A DNA stretch of 63,587 nucleotides, counting the filler, from Phoronis australis (lineage: Eukaryota; Animalia; Phoronida), in NCBI GenBank assembly GCA_002633005.1. It is 4 parts of 4 records of this genome, joined end to end, with 100 filler letters (N's around TTAATTAATTAA, not from the genome) between each part and the next. Parts side by side here need not be neighbours in the genome. Positions count along the whole stretch, not along the records: positions 12,460 to 37,119 come from NMRA01000020.1; 3 more parts are not named here. The stretch is one strand, 5' to 3'. Every line of letters begins with the position of its first letter. Positions within the stretch are counted from its first letter, which is position 1. The notes under the pieces are model-generated. The model did no database searches. It was not told the origin of the DNA and worked only from the letters and a program-made list of their open reading frames with translations. Positions 22,139 through 33,658 of this stretch are shown here, piece by piece. The position numbers and the translations under genes were made by a program.

Positions 22139-22774
22139 TGTAATAATAGGAAGTCGGTTGGCCAAGAGGACACACAAGTTCGGGCCTATTAACTCGGTGC
22201 AAGAGCAAAGTCTGGAGGATACTCACATTACGTCCGTACAGGACGGCAGCGAACTCCAGAAGGCCCAGACGATCTTGTCACGTGGTCTTGATAGGTGACT
22301 CGTCACGTGGTAGGAGTGTGACCTCGGCTGGGCTCTTCTGGCGTTAGATGTCGCACCAGGCCAAGACCAACATTGTCACGAAAAGGACATCACAACATAG
22401 AGACGCCACAGCCGAGACTGACGTTCGCCATTTGCTATAAGGGCTCCACTCCTTTTCTTTAGGGAAGGGAGGAATGTAGTAAATGTCGACGTCAGTCTCG
22501 GCTGTGGCGTCTCTATGTTGTGATGTCCTTTTCGTGACAATGTTGGTCTTGGCCTGGTGCGACATCTAACGCCAGAAGAGCCCAGCCGAGGTCACACTCC
22601 TACCACGTGACGAGTCACCTATCAAGACCACGTGACAAGATCGTCTGGGCCTTCTGGAGTTCGCTGCCGTCCTGTACGGACGTAATGTGAGTATCCTCCA
22701 GACTTTGCTCTTGCACCGAGTTAATAGGCCCGAACTTGTGTGTCCTCTTGGCCAACCGACTTCCTATTATTACA
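22139..22774. repeat. Perfect long inverted repeat (286-bp arms, 64-bp spacer) made of two LTR-like copies
   Basis: 22139-22424 is the exact reverse complement of 22489-22774. The right unit TGTAGTAA(22475)...TTATTACA(22774) is preceded by the polypurine tract AGGGAAGGGAGGAA (22461-22474). Confidence 0.92.
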
Positions 22775-23566
22775 CCTAAGACACTTCACTGAAACAAGAA
22801 AACAATTACAACTCCTTTCGCTACAACATTTTAGATATTCCTCAAGCTAAATCCGTCAAATACAGTAAAAAATCTGGAACAGTCTGTATCGAACGAGCTG
22901 CACACAACACAACAGCCATTCCAGTTTTCCGTAGACTGAGACGGACCTGGACCAGCCGTGAATGCAGCTGTTCTTTTTCTCTTTTTGTAAACGCTCCCGG
23001 TTATGTTATAAATATATAGAGTATACCAGCGTTTCTGTACAGTTGGGTAATGGTTTCAAATACGGCACCCAACATTAGCCAGTTGGGCTATTTCTACGAC
23101 ACTTACTCCAGGACAATATAAAAAGGTAACCTTGAGTTCGTTCTCGTTCTGTAGACACTTTGCAGAAAATTCAACTTGTTTATGTCGACAACTCACGTGT
23201 AGTTAACTAAGTTAACTATTATAGTACCACAATAGATCGCTAAATCTCAGATAAATAAAAAATAACATTATTTTATAATGTAAATCAAAAAGTTACAAGA
23301 AAACAGGATTCCACATTAGTTTATATGTGTGTGTTTTTGTTCTCTTTTGGTTTAAAACTCAAGCAAATTTCAAAACTAAAATATGCTCTTTGTTTTTGTT
23401 TTTGTGAGGAGTCTAACTTGCTAACTAGGTCAAGCCAAGGCTGTGCAGTCAGGTGAATGAACACCGTCAAACGCTGGACGTTGAGAGAATTAATTTCCAG
23501 AGTGTTTATTCGCACTTCAGTGCAATCTACAAGAAAATAAACTAGGTCCCTTTGTGAAGAGGTAAC

Positions 23567-24238
23567 ATGAGTGACGGATCGTCTGAAAATCCAGTAGTTT
23601 TGAATTATTTCAACAGTCTTCTGCGGCGATCAGACTTGGATTTACTGGAGAACAACAACTGGTTGAACGACAATTTGATAGGATTTTATTATGAGTACCT
23701 TGAAAATGAGGTTTATTCCGATATGAAGATCGTGTCGTTTATCGGTCCCGACGTGGCACAGTTGGTGAAATTAAATGAACCACAAGAATTGACGTTCATA
23801 CTTGAATCCCTAGATCTGAAAGTTAAAGACTTCATCTTTCTTCCTGTCAACAACAACCACTCATTGGATGACTGGGGTGGATCACATTGGAGTTTACTCA
23901 TGTATGTGAAAAAAGACCGGACTTTTTTCCACTATGACTCTTTTGGAGGATCAAATGGTCACCAGGCACGCTTATTGGCAAATAGGCTTCAACAGTACTT
24001 TAGCGGACTTTCTGGGGTCAAAGCTACAGCAATGAACTTTGTGGAAGCTAATTGTCCTCAACAACAAAATTGCTGTGACTGCGGGGTTTATGTCATCTGC
24101 GTAACTGAATATTTGTGCCGTAGATGCTTAAAGGGCGATGCATCTCAGCTAGAATCAGTAGTAACTCCTGGCTTTGTATCCAATAAACGCCCAGCTCTAC
24201 GAAAGCTGATTGAAGGACTGAGTGGATCACCTATGTAA
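23567..24238 (+). CDS. SENP8: Sentrin-specific protease 8 / NEDD8-specific protease 1 (C48 peptidase), intronless CDS
   Basis: 223 aa. VVLNYFNSLLRRSDLDLL..WLNDNLIGF; IFLPVNNN..GGSHWSLL (catalytic His); HYDS (Asp); CPQQQNCCDCGVYV (Gln and Cys). Confidence 0.95.
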   Translation: MSDGSSENPVVLNYFNSLLRRSDLDLLENNNWLNDNLIGFYYEYLENEVYSDMKIVSFIGPDVAQLVKLNEPQELTFILESLDLKVKDFIFLPVNNNHSLDDWGGSHWSLLMYVKKDRTFFHYDSFGGSNGHQARLLANRLQQYFSGLSGVKATAMNFVEANCPQQQNCCDCGVYVICVTEYLCRRCLKGDASQLESVVTPGFVSNKRPALRKLIEGLSGSPM

Positions 24239-24963
24239 CAGATTTTGAACAACCTTCTCTCCTCGATAGGATCAGAAATATGCTGTGCTCATGCGTTATG
24301 AATGTCAAAAACATGCGGTGTTATATCCAATCTAACTACTTTCCTTCACCTTCAAATAAACTCAATCATAAGAAGAGAATTTTGACAGCAAGTTTTGTTA
24401 AAACATGTTTTACTAATTACAACATTTCATTTCCACTTAACAGCCTTAATTTACAGTCTCTCCAACTGGGGGGAGTTGGATCTAGTGTCGGGTGCTCGTC
24501 TGTACAACATCTTGTTTAACAAAGCAGGTCAAGAAGAAGCAATTAACTATTTCTGGACTCAATTTTCAGAAGTTTCTGTCATTGCATGGGACAAAAAATC
24601 TTAAATTGGTGTAGCATATTCAATGCAAAGACTAAATAAGAGTCTCTAAAGAGGCTCTGGATATTTTTCAGAGTTCTGAGGTCCTGTTTACTTCATTTTG
24701 CTAAAATCTATGCACTGCACTGATGTATTGGTAAGAAGGGGCCATAGGACTTGTGCACAACCCCCCCCCCCTTCCCCTACCCCCTGCTCATCGTTACATT
24801 CTGGTCGCCAACAGGTATGTTTGCATCCCTAGCTCTGCTGAATACACCTCCTCAGAATCACAGTTGGCAGAGCATTATTGTCTTCTTGCTAGAAGAAAGT
24901 GTCTAATTTTTGTATTGATTTCTCAATATTTTGTCAAACTCTAGGGACATTTAGTTTCTGCTC

Positions 24964-25480
24964 TTTTATCCACCCACATACATGGTTGCATAGTGTCGTC
25001 GCCCAGTGTTTGCTCAGTTTCTCAAAAATTCTTGGTTGTATTTTGGTGAGGTGTGGCATATGGGTGTAGGGCATCACTGGCGTTGCACGCCACTTTTCAA
25101 TTTGCCCACCTCTGGAGCCAGGGGCAGGAGTGTTCAGTATTTTTGGGGAATATTATTTCCTTATGAGGTATAAAGATCTGGTGGGCACAGTTTCCGCATG
25201 ACCTATAAAGAGAAGATTGGCACATTTCAATGAAACTTGTATGTGGCAACTATGCGTCAAGACCAGTCGATTTTCGAACAGTTTACTTAACTGCAGCACC
25301 CCCTGTTGGCTATTTTGGTCTTTGCAATGGGCATTTTAGTAATTTTGAGAAGCAGAGTGTTGCGGATAATATCTAGAAAAGCAATTGATGGATTTCAATA
25401 AAACAGAGGTATGTGCTCGTCGATTTCGAACATATTTGGTTTCTGCAATACCCCTAATGACTGTCCATTTTGGACGTGAT
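24964..25480 (+). mobile_element. Degenerate Helentron-type non-autonomous element (HINE-like)
   Basis: T-rich start, CACCCACA motif, and repeated GCACCCCCTGTTGGC / GATTTTCGAAC / ATGAAAC blocks shared with 44280-45220. Confidence 0.4.
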
Positions 25481-27150
25481 GACAGTCATCAGTTCTGGCC
25501 CATTATGTCCTTTTTGTCTTTCTTTGTATCAGCCAAACCTCATGATTGTTCTTTATAGACTGGATCTGCTAGTTTTTGGAACTTTTTGATTTGACATGAG
25601 TTGATGAACCAATGTTTTTTTTGCAAATTCCGACTATTGCAGCTACAAGTCTCCCTTGTGGTCAAATTTTTGTCTCCTTGTACATTGCATGAAACTGATA
25701 AGCAATCCTAAAAACGTACCACTTGTGATTCACTGTTGGTGCATAACAACACTTTGCCTTATTGTACTTTGTTTAAATTAAAATTGTGTTGATTTATGTC
25801 TAGAAAAGTAAAAGGCTGGATCTGGATCAGTTGTCCCTGCATTGATATGTAGTATCTTCAGCCATATTGGTAATTGTTTCTGTTTGAGGGATAACCTGGT
25901 CATTTATTTAGGAAGCATTTCTTTGAGTTTGGACATTGGAGACCCTGCCTTATTTGCCCATGGAAGCACGTGATCGCTTTTTTTGATGAATTTATCAATC
26001 CAATAACCATCCTTTGCGCGATTTCCCGTTAAAAGGTTCCTTGTTTGAACACATAGTTTACCCATTTTGTAGGTCAAATCTAATATGTTAAACAGTCTGT
26101 ACCTTGCCGTTCCGCTCACTGGAAAAACTGTCTGTATGCATGGAAACCTCTCCTGCTTTGCATATCTGACCTTGTCTGTCTTGAAAAATCACTTAACATT
26201 GTGGCGAAACTATTTTTCTGCTCAACAAGTCTCTTGTCTTTCGACCTCGGGTTTTAGTTTTTCTATGTTCTGGTAGTGCACAACAGTGTATCTTGAGTTT
26301 AGTTTGTATTACTCTGTATACGTATGTTTCATACAGCCGAAAAACAATTGATAATGCTGTTGTGCTACACTGGGATTCCGAGGGTCTGACGAAAGACAAT
26401 TAGTAAAGCCGTTTTTCCTATTTCGCCGGGGTTCCCATCTGCCTCGTTTTCTCTTACTAATATTCTTTGCGTCAGGGTGTGACACCCAATCATCATCGTT
26501 TTCGTCGATCGTAGCCAATTTCGCGCATTCCTCTGTCCCCTTCCCTGTTTATCTAGTCTGCAAAATCACCCGTGCCAAGATCTTCCTGACATTTCTCACT
26601 GGCGCTGGTATTTTTGGTGGCACTAGGTTGAGTACCAGCTGCTTTATATATCAACCCTGAAACGTGAATTTTATCATTAGGTCATCTTCAGCAAATGACG
26701 AAGTCATTCTGCTGGATTGTTTCCAAAGTCATGAGACACGAGAATCTATTAATACATGCATGCGTACTCTGCGTATATCTAATGGCGTGTGTCTGTTGAC
26801 GGTACTTCCTCACGGAACTACGTATCTTTGTCTGACATATTTCAAATTGCATGCAATAGTGTTGCCGACTCTTGGTACTGAGTGCTTGTTGGTTTCCCAT
26901 CGAGGTAAGGAACAATGGTGGTATGGCATTTCTTCCCTACGCTGATCTATTGTGTAGACTTAAAAGGCATCCAGAAATCACTTGCGATTCATACAGCAGT
27001 CACTGATTGCCTAGTGAGCAAACTCGCCTTCCATCTGGTTGAAATCACTTTAGTTGCGGTTGTGAAAATGGTCTTATATTGCTCTCAGTCAAATTGGAGG
27101 TGATTTCAAGGGTTGGAAAGAAATGGCAGTTCGTTATTGCTTGAGACCAG

Positions 27151-27398
27151 GGGGTCATTCCAAGAAAACTGACTGTTCATGTAGCTAAGACAAATCTTAA
27201 ATTTCGGTTAATTTTAAGAAAGAAACTTTAAATTCGTCTTAAATGTATTCCAAGAAAGAGATCTTAAGTTTGTTTGAAGTTTTTTACTTAAGTTTTGTCT
27301 TAATTTTCACTATGTGGATCACGTTTCAAAGTTTGGAAGTTGACACAAATCTTAGACTTAATTAAATTAACTTGAGTAAATTTCTTGGAACGAGCCCC
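27151..27398. mobile_element. Short MITE, PIF/Harbinger-like
   Basis: GGGGTCATTCCAAGAAA...TTTCTTGGAACGAGCCCC imperfect TIRs; CAG/CGG 3-bp flanks; AT-rich interior with repeated CTTAA. Confidence 0.5.
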
Positions 27399-30300
27399 CG
27401 GCTCCTTTGCCGCGGCGTGTCATATAATGCGGTGTGAATGTTTACAACCAACGATCAGTTCTTTGTAAACCTAAAATTCACTTTTCATATGTGTAAGGAA
27501 CAAGTTGCAACTCTATATCGGCAAGTGCTCTATGAAATCAGAGGTTGGCTTTTTGAACAGAACGCGGGATTTTAAGCGATTCAAAATTTGCGGAATTTAT
27601 GCACTTTTTCTTGTCGACGATTTCAGAGTGTTTTTTCCGGATAAAATCACTTCTTAGCGCACGCAAAAATAAAAAAAAAGTTTGTGGTGGTAAGAATGAA
27701 ATAGCCCTTTAAAAATTCGGTTCGATTTATGGGCAGGGAGTGAAATTTCGAGACCTATTTAGAATTACATAATTATATCAGACGTTATTTTCGGAATGCT
27801 GTACGAACACTAACTACAGGTGGCATTTTTGTGAAGTAACGAATACTGCCTACGTCATAGGCTCACATTGGTTTGCGTTGCGTAGACGTAAGAAAATTGG
27901 AGAGTATGTGAGATCGTGCAAGTATTCTCGATATATCGCCATGCGTAGCGTGTGATTTTGCTGGTTTTAATGACGAGTGTCTGGGCAACGTAACTCTGAA
28001 AGAACTTAAGGTTTCGATACGGTTTAGTCATGCCGTGACCGTCGTAAACAGGGCTGCATCGGCAACGGTCCAAGTGACCGATATTTTCCACGAATGCTAG
28101 ACATTGTCGTTCACGCTTACATGTACAAACCTTGGAGTCATTTGGGTAAAGCAAATGCCAAATCCAATCAAAAATAATCTGGCGTTGAGGACGAGGATGA
28201 AACGTTTAGTGGTTGGTCCTCGTTGATAGTCTGTTGTACTTGCATCCGTGCTTTCTTCCAAAAACCAGTTTTGACCAGGCCAATTGCCGTTATAAAATTG
28301 GTCTCAAATTGGTCCTTAGACAATTGAGGTGAATTCAAGGCTTCAAAAGATCCCACAGTTCGTCATTTCCAGTCAAAACGGGTCACAATATGGCTTGAAA
28401 TTTTATGAGGTTGTTCTTAACAGCGAACTGTCAGTGCTCTCCGAGTCCACCAATCAGAGCATCAAGATGAGACCACTAATGACCTAAGTCAATCCTTTTT
28501 TACAGAAAGCACGGATTTAATACCGCTTGAGGTAAACAACGAGATTTTTCCAAAAATGAAAAGGGTTTAATTCGTAAGAGCTTCCATGAAAAAGTCACCT
28601 TTTCGTGTAGTTTGTGACAGAAACATCCGATCCTTTTTTAGGGATTAAATTTATGGGCGTGACCTTTTTAGGGGTTGGTGGACAACTGTCTTATCTCATG
28701 AAGTGTGAAACAATGCAACTGAAAAAGAGATGTCACTGCGATCAGAACTTGAGTACATCTGTTGCTACGACGGACTTTCGTATGGATACCGATTATATTT
28801 TCATAGCTCAGTGGAAAAGGTAACCATGCACGTACGTATACATGTAAATACTAGGAAAAGCTTTCAACCAGGAGTTTTGTCAGAACAGGTATCCTTCGAT
28901 CCGTAGGTAAACTACGACTTGTCCCATGGATTTGTTGCCTCTTTTTTGGGAGCTATAGTACCCCCGGGCACATGATGTATGTCTAAATGCTTGCGATCGG
29001 ACATTCCCGATATAATGAATGACGCTTTGGGAAATCCCCACACCTGGTTCACAGCCGGCTATTACACTGGTCAAAAGCCAGAGCTAAGCTACAGTAGGTT
29101 CTACGGAGTGTGGCGGTGAATGCGTCGACCAATTCCTGCGACGTTACCCTAAAGAGTAACCGGTAAGAGGTGTGTTACCCACCTATAGCGTTGCTGTCGG
29201 AAAGAGCAGGTATCTCAGGTACATGCTATTTGTGTGACTAGTCTCAGCACAATAAACGATCTATTGGTAATTGTTCAACGATTACTGTGCGCGCCTTCAA
29301 TAGTTATGACCTTTCAGGCATTTATCAGTCGTTGAATCAGGCCGCAGTCGTATCCGGCACAGCTCCCTGTTAGATTCTGAGTCACACCATGCTAACACCG
29401 TACTGACGTTTGGATATCATTCTGGTTAGAACGTACTGTAAGTACATTTTGGGTTTGTTAGCCTATAATTTTGTAATCCTGTCCGTATTCAGTGATTGAC
29501 CTCGGCGAAGCCTTGGCTAGCCATAGTCTGACTCGAAGTAGCCGTCAATAGGTGTTTGCTCAGTGCAGATTGGTATTTCTTCGGCACTGACCCTAGTGTC
29601 AGTAAATGGCGATAGCTCTTGTTCCGGGCGGTATTCTACGTGATATGCACGGTCACGCAGACGTCACAGTTTTGCCTAAAATACGAAACGGGATTCTAAA
29701 AAGGAGCCTCGTGTAATCATTGGTGTTGGATCAATACCGTATATGAAAAGCCTATTTTAGAGCACGCGTACTGCTGTCAGAGTAATTAAGATTTGAGGAC
29801 AGACTGAGTGGGTTACGTGGTTTATGTGCTGTGGGATTCTTGAGTGCACGACGTGTTGCGCCATGTAAACCAGACCGACCATTTCCACACTTATAAAGTA
29901 AAGATTTGGCCTACTTAGTGGTAAACTGCGGAAAACACAGCGATAAAATAGATAATTTTCATGGTTTTTTCGTTTTTATCAGCATAACACATTCCGTTAT
30001 CACCTCTTCATTTTACTGCTGCAGCGCAGCCGCTTGGTCCAAGTCCGGACGCCGTGGGTTTGGTCAATGCAGTCCGAGTTCTAACATTCTTCATAGTGCA
30101 CACAGCCACAAAGACTGGTTTCTCGGTTTAACTTGCTCCAGATGGGCTCAGGCTCAGGAAATGGGATGTTATGTATAGATTTCCTCCTCACACAGATGGA
30201 CTAATTTAGACTTACGGCGGTAATAATTATAGACCGGGTCTGAGGTATTGGGCAGCGCTAGAAATTCACTTTTTCGATGTCTATTTTGTCATCGGCCTTA

Positions 30301-30746
30301 GTGGATCTAATGCTCATAAGTGAACCTCATATGACAATAGTCAATGTCCCATGACAACTCTCCTGGTTGTCCTTGCAATTTAGGTCATGCCAACTGGAGG
30401 GAAAAATAGGTCAGTCCTTTTTCAGGGTTCTAGATATTACATACGCAGCGTTCTTGAGCATCAGGAAAATTAATAGAAATCCGAAATCTCCACGAGAAAA
30501 GCCATCACCTCAACCGGTTTGGGGTGTATTTTTCAGGAATTGTTACATTCCAACCATCTCTGAACAAAACACATGCAATTTTGACTTCTGGTGGTCGTGC
30601 ACGTGCCCTTCGATTCAGTATTCTTGTTCAGAAATGTTATGTTACTCATTCCATAAATTATTCGACGGTGCATATTACGCAGACGACATGTCTTTTATTG
30701 TGAAATATCAATCATTCACTAACGTAAAGTATTCAACAAAACAACA

Positions 30747-30849
30747 ATGAGTAGGCCTATATGTACATGAGTAGGCCTATATGTACATGAGTAGGCCTAT
30801 ATGTACATGAGTAGGCCTATATGTACATGAGTAGGCCTATATGTACATG
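30747..30849. repeat. Perfect 20-bp minisatellite (ATGAGTAGGCCTATATGTAC) x5
   Basis: Five identical units. The array contains the palindromes TAGGCCTA and ATGTACAT (the latter across each unit junction). Confidence 0.95.
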
Positions 30850-32506
30850 TTAGGAGCGTATTTTCGCCTACTACTATAACACACCCATACACTTCACCAT
30901 ACAACATCACCCAACTTAACGTGAAGTTTTTCCACAGAGACTAAATTTACCGGGTACCCCTGCTTAGAAACGTGAGCGGACCGATGGCGAGATTGATATA
31001 ACCGAAAACGAACTTAACATGGACCGACGGAGAGCAATGTTTGCGCTCCCGAAGTCCACGTGACCCGATATGTCCGAAGGATCGTCTATATTTGTTTAAT
31101 TACACGACCACTGTTATTTCTTTTCTCTGATTGTTGTGCATTGTTGTTTAGGACACAATGCCTCGTTCTACTTAACAGGCAAGCGTGACCTACGCTTTTA
31201 GTGAATTACACGGCAACTGTGGGGAATGACCGCCCAGCGAGAACTATAATATTCATTTTGTGACATAGGAAGTGTGAATTTTTAGTTGATTTCTGCTTTT
31301 ATCATCCAACATTGACGCCAATAATGCATTAGGTGGTGACGCAACGAGAATTGGTTGATATCATCAAGGCAGGGTTTAGTATCCCTTTAAGAGAATCACA
31401 CTCGTTTGATTTTACGTAGATATGAGTATTTAGAAGCAGGAACTATTATATGCGTTATAGCATACTTGGACCAGCACATGTGTTGCAGTAAACAAGAATT
31501 TCTCCACACTGTTAACCCCAAAACAGTTTGCTTAAAATCTCCTTTGAGTAGTCGGCATTTGTAGTTGCAGCATATGCGCCGTCACCGCTCTTTGAAACAC
31601 ACAGCTAAATGACATTAGTTCCCACGTATTAGGCCGACAGTTATTGGCTGAAAGTTCCTTTGCTGCATTCACAAGAGACACAACTTAAGCAAATTATAAA
31701 AATCCGATAAAAAATGAAGAGCGTTTGCCTTGGATGTCAATAACAATCATTACTAAAATAACACTCTTTTTGAGCAAACGTTTGAAAACAGCAAGCGCAT
31801 TGCATTTGCTATTGTATGACATGCGGGTTGAAGGCATTTATCTTATCCATTTTCATGCAGAAAAAATGAGCGTAGGTTTCTACGTAAGGTGTTTTCGCAG
31901 GTCTCGTGACACTTAGAAGTTGAGAGAAAGTCTCACCAGAGATATATAGCCATGAAAATTCTAGAAAGCTTTCCCGTAACTAAGTAATACCCCGAGACAG
32001 TTAACGTGTTTACGTCAGTGCCTGTTCGCAAATTTCCTCGGCACCGAAATGGAAGCTGAGATAATCTTACGTAAGTATAAGCGCAGTCGGTCTGTCTTGG
32101 ATGTCATTGGGGGAGCAACTTTCAGACCCATATTTGCGCGAATAGGACGTATGCGTATGTAGGACCCTAGGAAAATGTCCAAATTTGGCTAACTTCGGGA
32201 CATCATATCTCAGAAACGGCTGATCGGATTCATACGAATCCAGAACCTTTGCTTTATGCGCTGTTCTCCAAGTGCTTTTCGGAATTGCTTTCAAAATGCT
32301 CGAGGGTCTATCAAAATAGGACTTATATGACTTTTTATGAAAAAAAAATGTAAGTTGCATAAATCTAAAACAAAACGACGTTTTTAAAAACTGTAACAGC
32401 GTTTTTGAGAACTCATCTCGATGATATATCTCAAATAAAGTTTGTTCATCGGATGTTATTGAAACCCTTGTTTTACTGTCCAGGAACCTTTATTTTTCCT
32501 GAATTA

Positions 32507-32780
32507 CATGCGTGCGCACTCAGCCTTTAATATAGGGGGCTCGAATTTCTGGCGATGTGGACATTTTGCTGACAAAAAAGCGGGAGGACTAAAAAGAAAC
32601 GGGGTACCACCTTCACTGTGCGTCTACGCCTGTTTAGTGGACTTTTGTCTCGTTTTCTCGGAGTTTTTGTTTCTCTGAGGAGGACCTTTTTGTCCACTTC
32701 GCCAAATGGGGAGGCTTGTTCGAGCCCCCCCCCCNCCCCCCCCCCCCCCGAGCCCCCCCTCCGCGCTAGGTGCGCACATG
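32507..32780. mobile_element. ~270-bp MITE with CATG(C/T)GCGCAC-type TIRs and 5-bp TSD AATTA
   Basis: CATGCGTGCGCAC...GGTGCGCACATG flanked by AATTA on both sides. An inverted relative is at 55974-56232. Confidence 0.75.
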
Positions 32781-33606
32781 AATTATACCACCAAGACATA
32801 GTCACGTGACCCAATTGATGGCGATAAAATGTAAAAAAAATCTTTACTGAGTTAAAATGTATAGTCCAACGTAACAATAACTTGGTCGCCCATGGAACAA
32901 GTTTCGCAGATTCGCTAAATCCTCTTCAGCAGATTCATTTCATCACAACGTCAATCTAATTTCATTATTGATAATTCTCTTTCTCTCATAGCCCTTGAAT
33001 TCTTACGACAATGTTGTCGAGCTCTACATATTACTGATAATTAGAGTCTGTCTTTCTCTCAGTAACACTTTAATTTGAGCTCTTTGGCGTATCAGTTACA
33101 TTTTACGCTCGTAAAGGATTTACCAATGAGATAAATGCAGTTATGGTCCATAAATCTACTGCACACCGATTCTTCCTTTCCTGTGCTATTTTGGTTTCAT
33201 TTCTTAGTCGATTTTTGTCTTTGATACCAATCGTAGAGAGTGAACTCTATGTTGACATCTCAATATCATTGAAAATAAGTAGGAAACTTTTCATGCAACC
33301 CCCCAATTTGACGGCTATGTCCTTGTTTGTTTACACTGAACTAAGGACTCGGTATTTGGCAATATTATTTGAAAATGTCATTGGTCAAAGGAGATATCAT
33401 TGTGAAGACAAAATGATACAAAAATATTACACCTGTGAACAAAAACGCCGGACACTGATAAGCGTGAAATTTATGGAACTTATTTGAGTCTCTGTTTGGG
33501 ACTGCTTTATGCGACCGAGCACTGGAGCCTGGAAATCGTTTTTTTCTCTCTGTAGGTAACAAGACGAGCTGACTTTATGACGTGAATTGATTCAAAAATT
33601 GCTTTT

Positions 33607-33658
33607 TGACTAGTCGCGTATATATTGCTATTTAAGGCAATACAAACGCGACTAGTCA
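33607..33658. repeat. 52-bp hairpin
   Basis: TGACTAGTCGCGT (33607-33619) pairs perfectly with ACGCGACTAGTCA (33646-33658). The stem continues through TATTGC/GCAATA. Confidence 0.7.

Noticed and set aside
22344-22565. 73-aa ORF across the palindrome centre
   Set aside because: A by-product of the inverted repeat, with no recognisable domain.
25904-26518. Broken minus-strand reading frames (MATIDENDDDW..., YRLFNILDLTY...)
   Set aside because: Coding-like but frameshifted and not assignable to any family by eye.
28880-29074. GISQSVIHYIGNVRSQAFR on the minus strand, resembling a tyrosine-recombinase C-terminus
   Set aside because: No HxxR box or other supporting motif is visible; too weak to call without a profile search.
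30747-30849. Possible CRISPR array
   Set aside because: Head-to-tail identical units without spacers, no cas genes, and a eukaryotic context.
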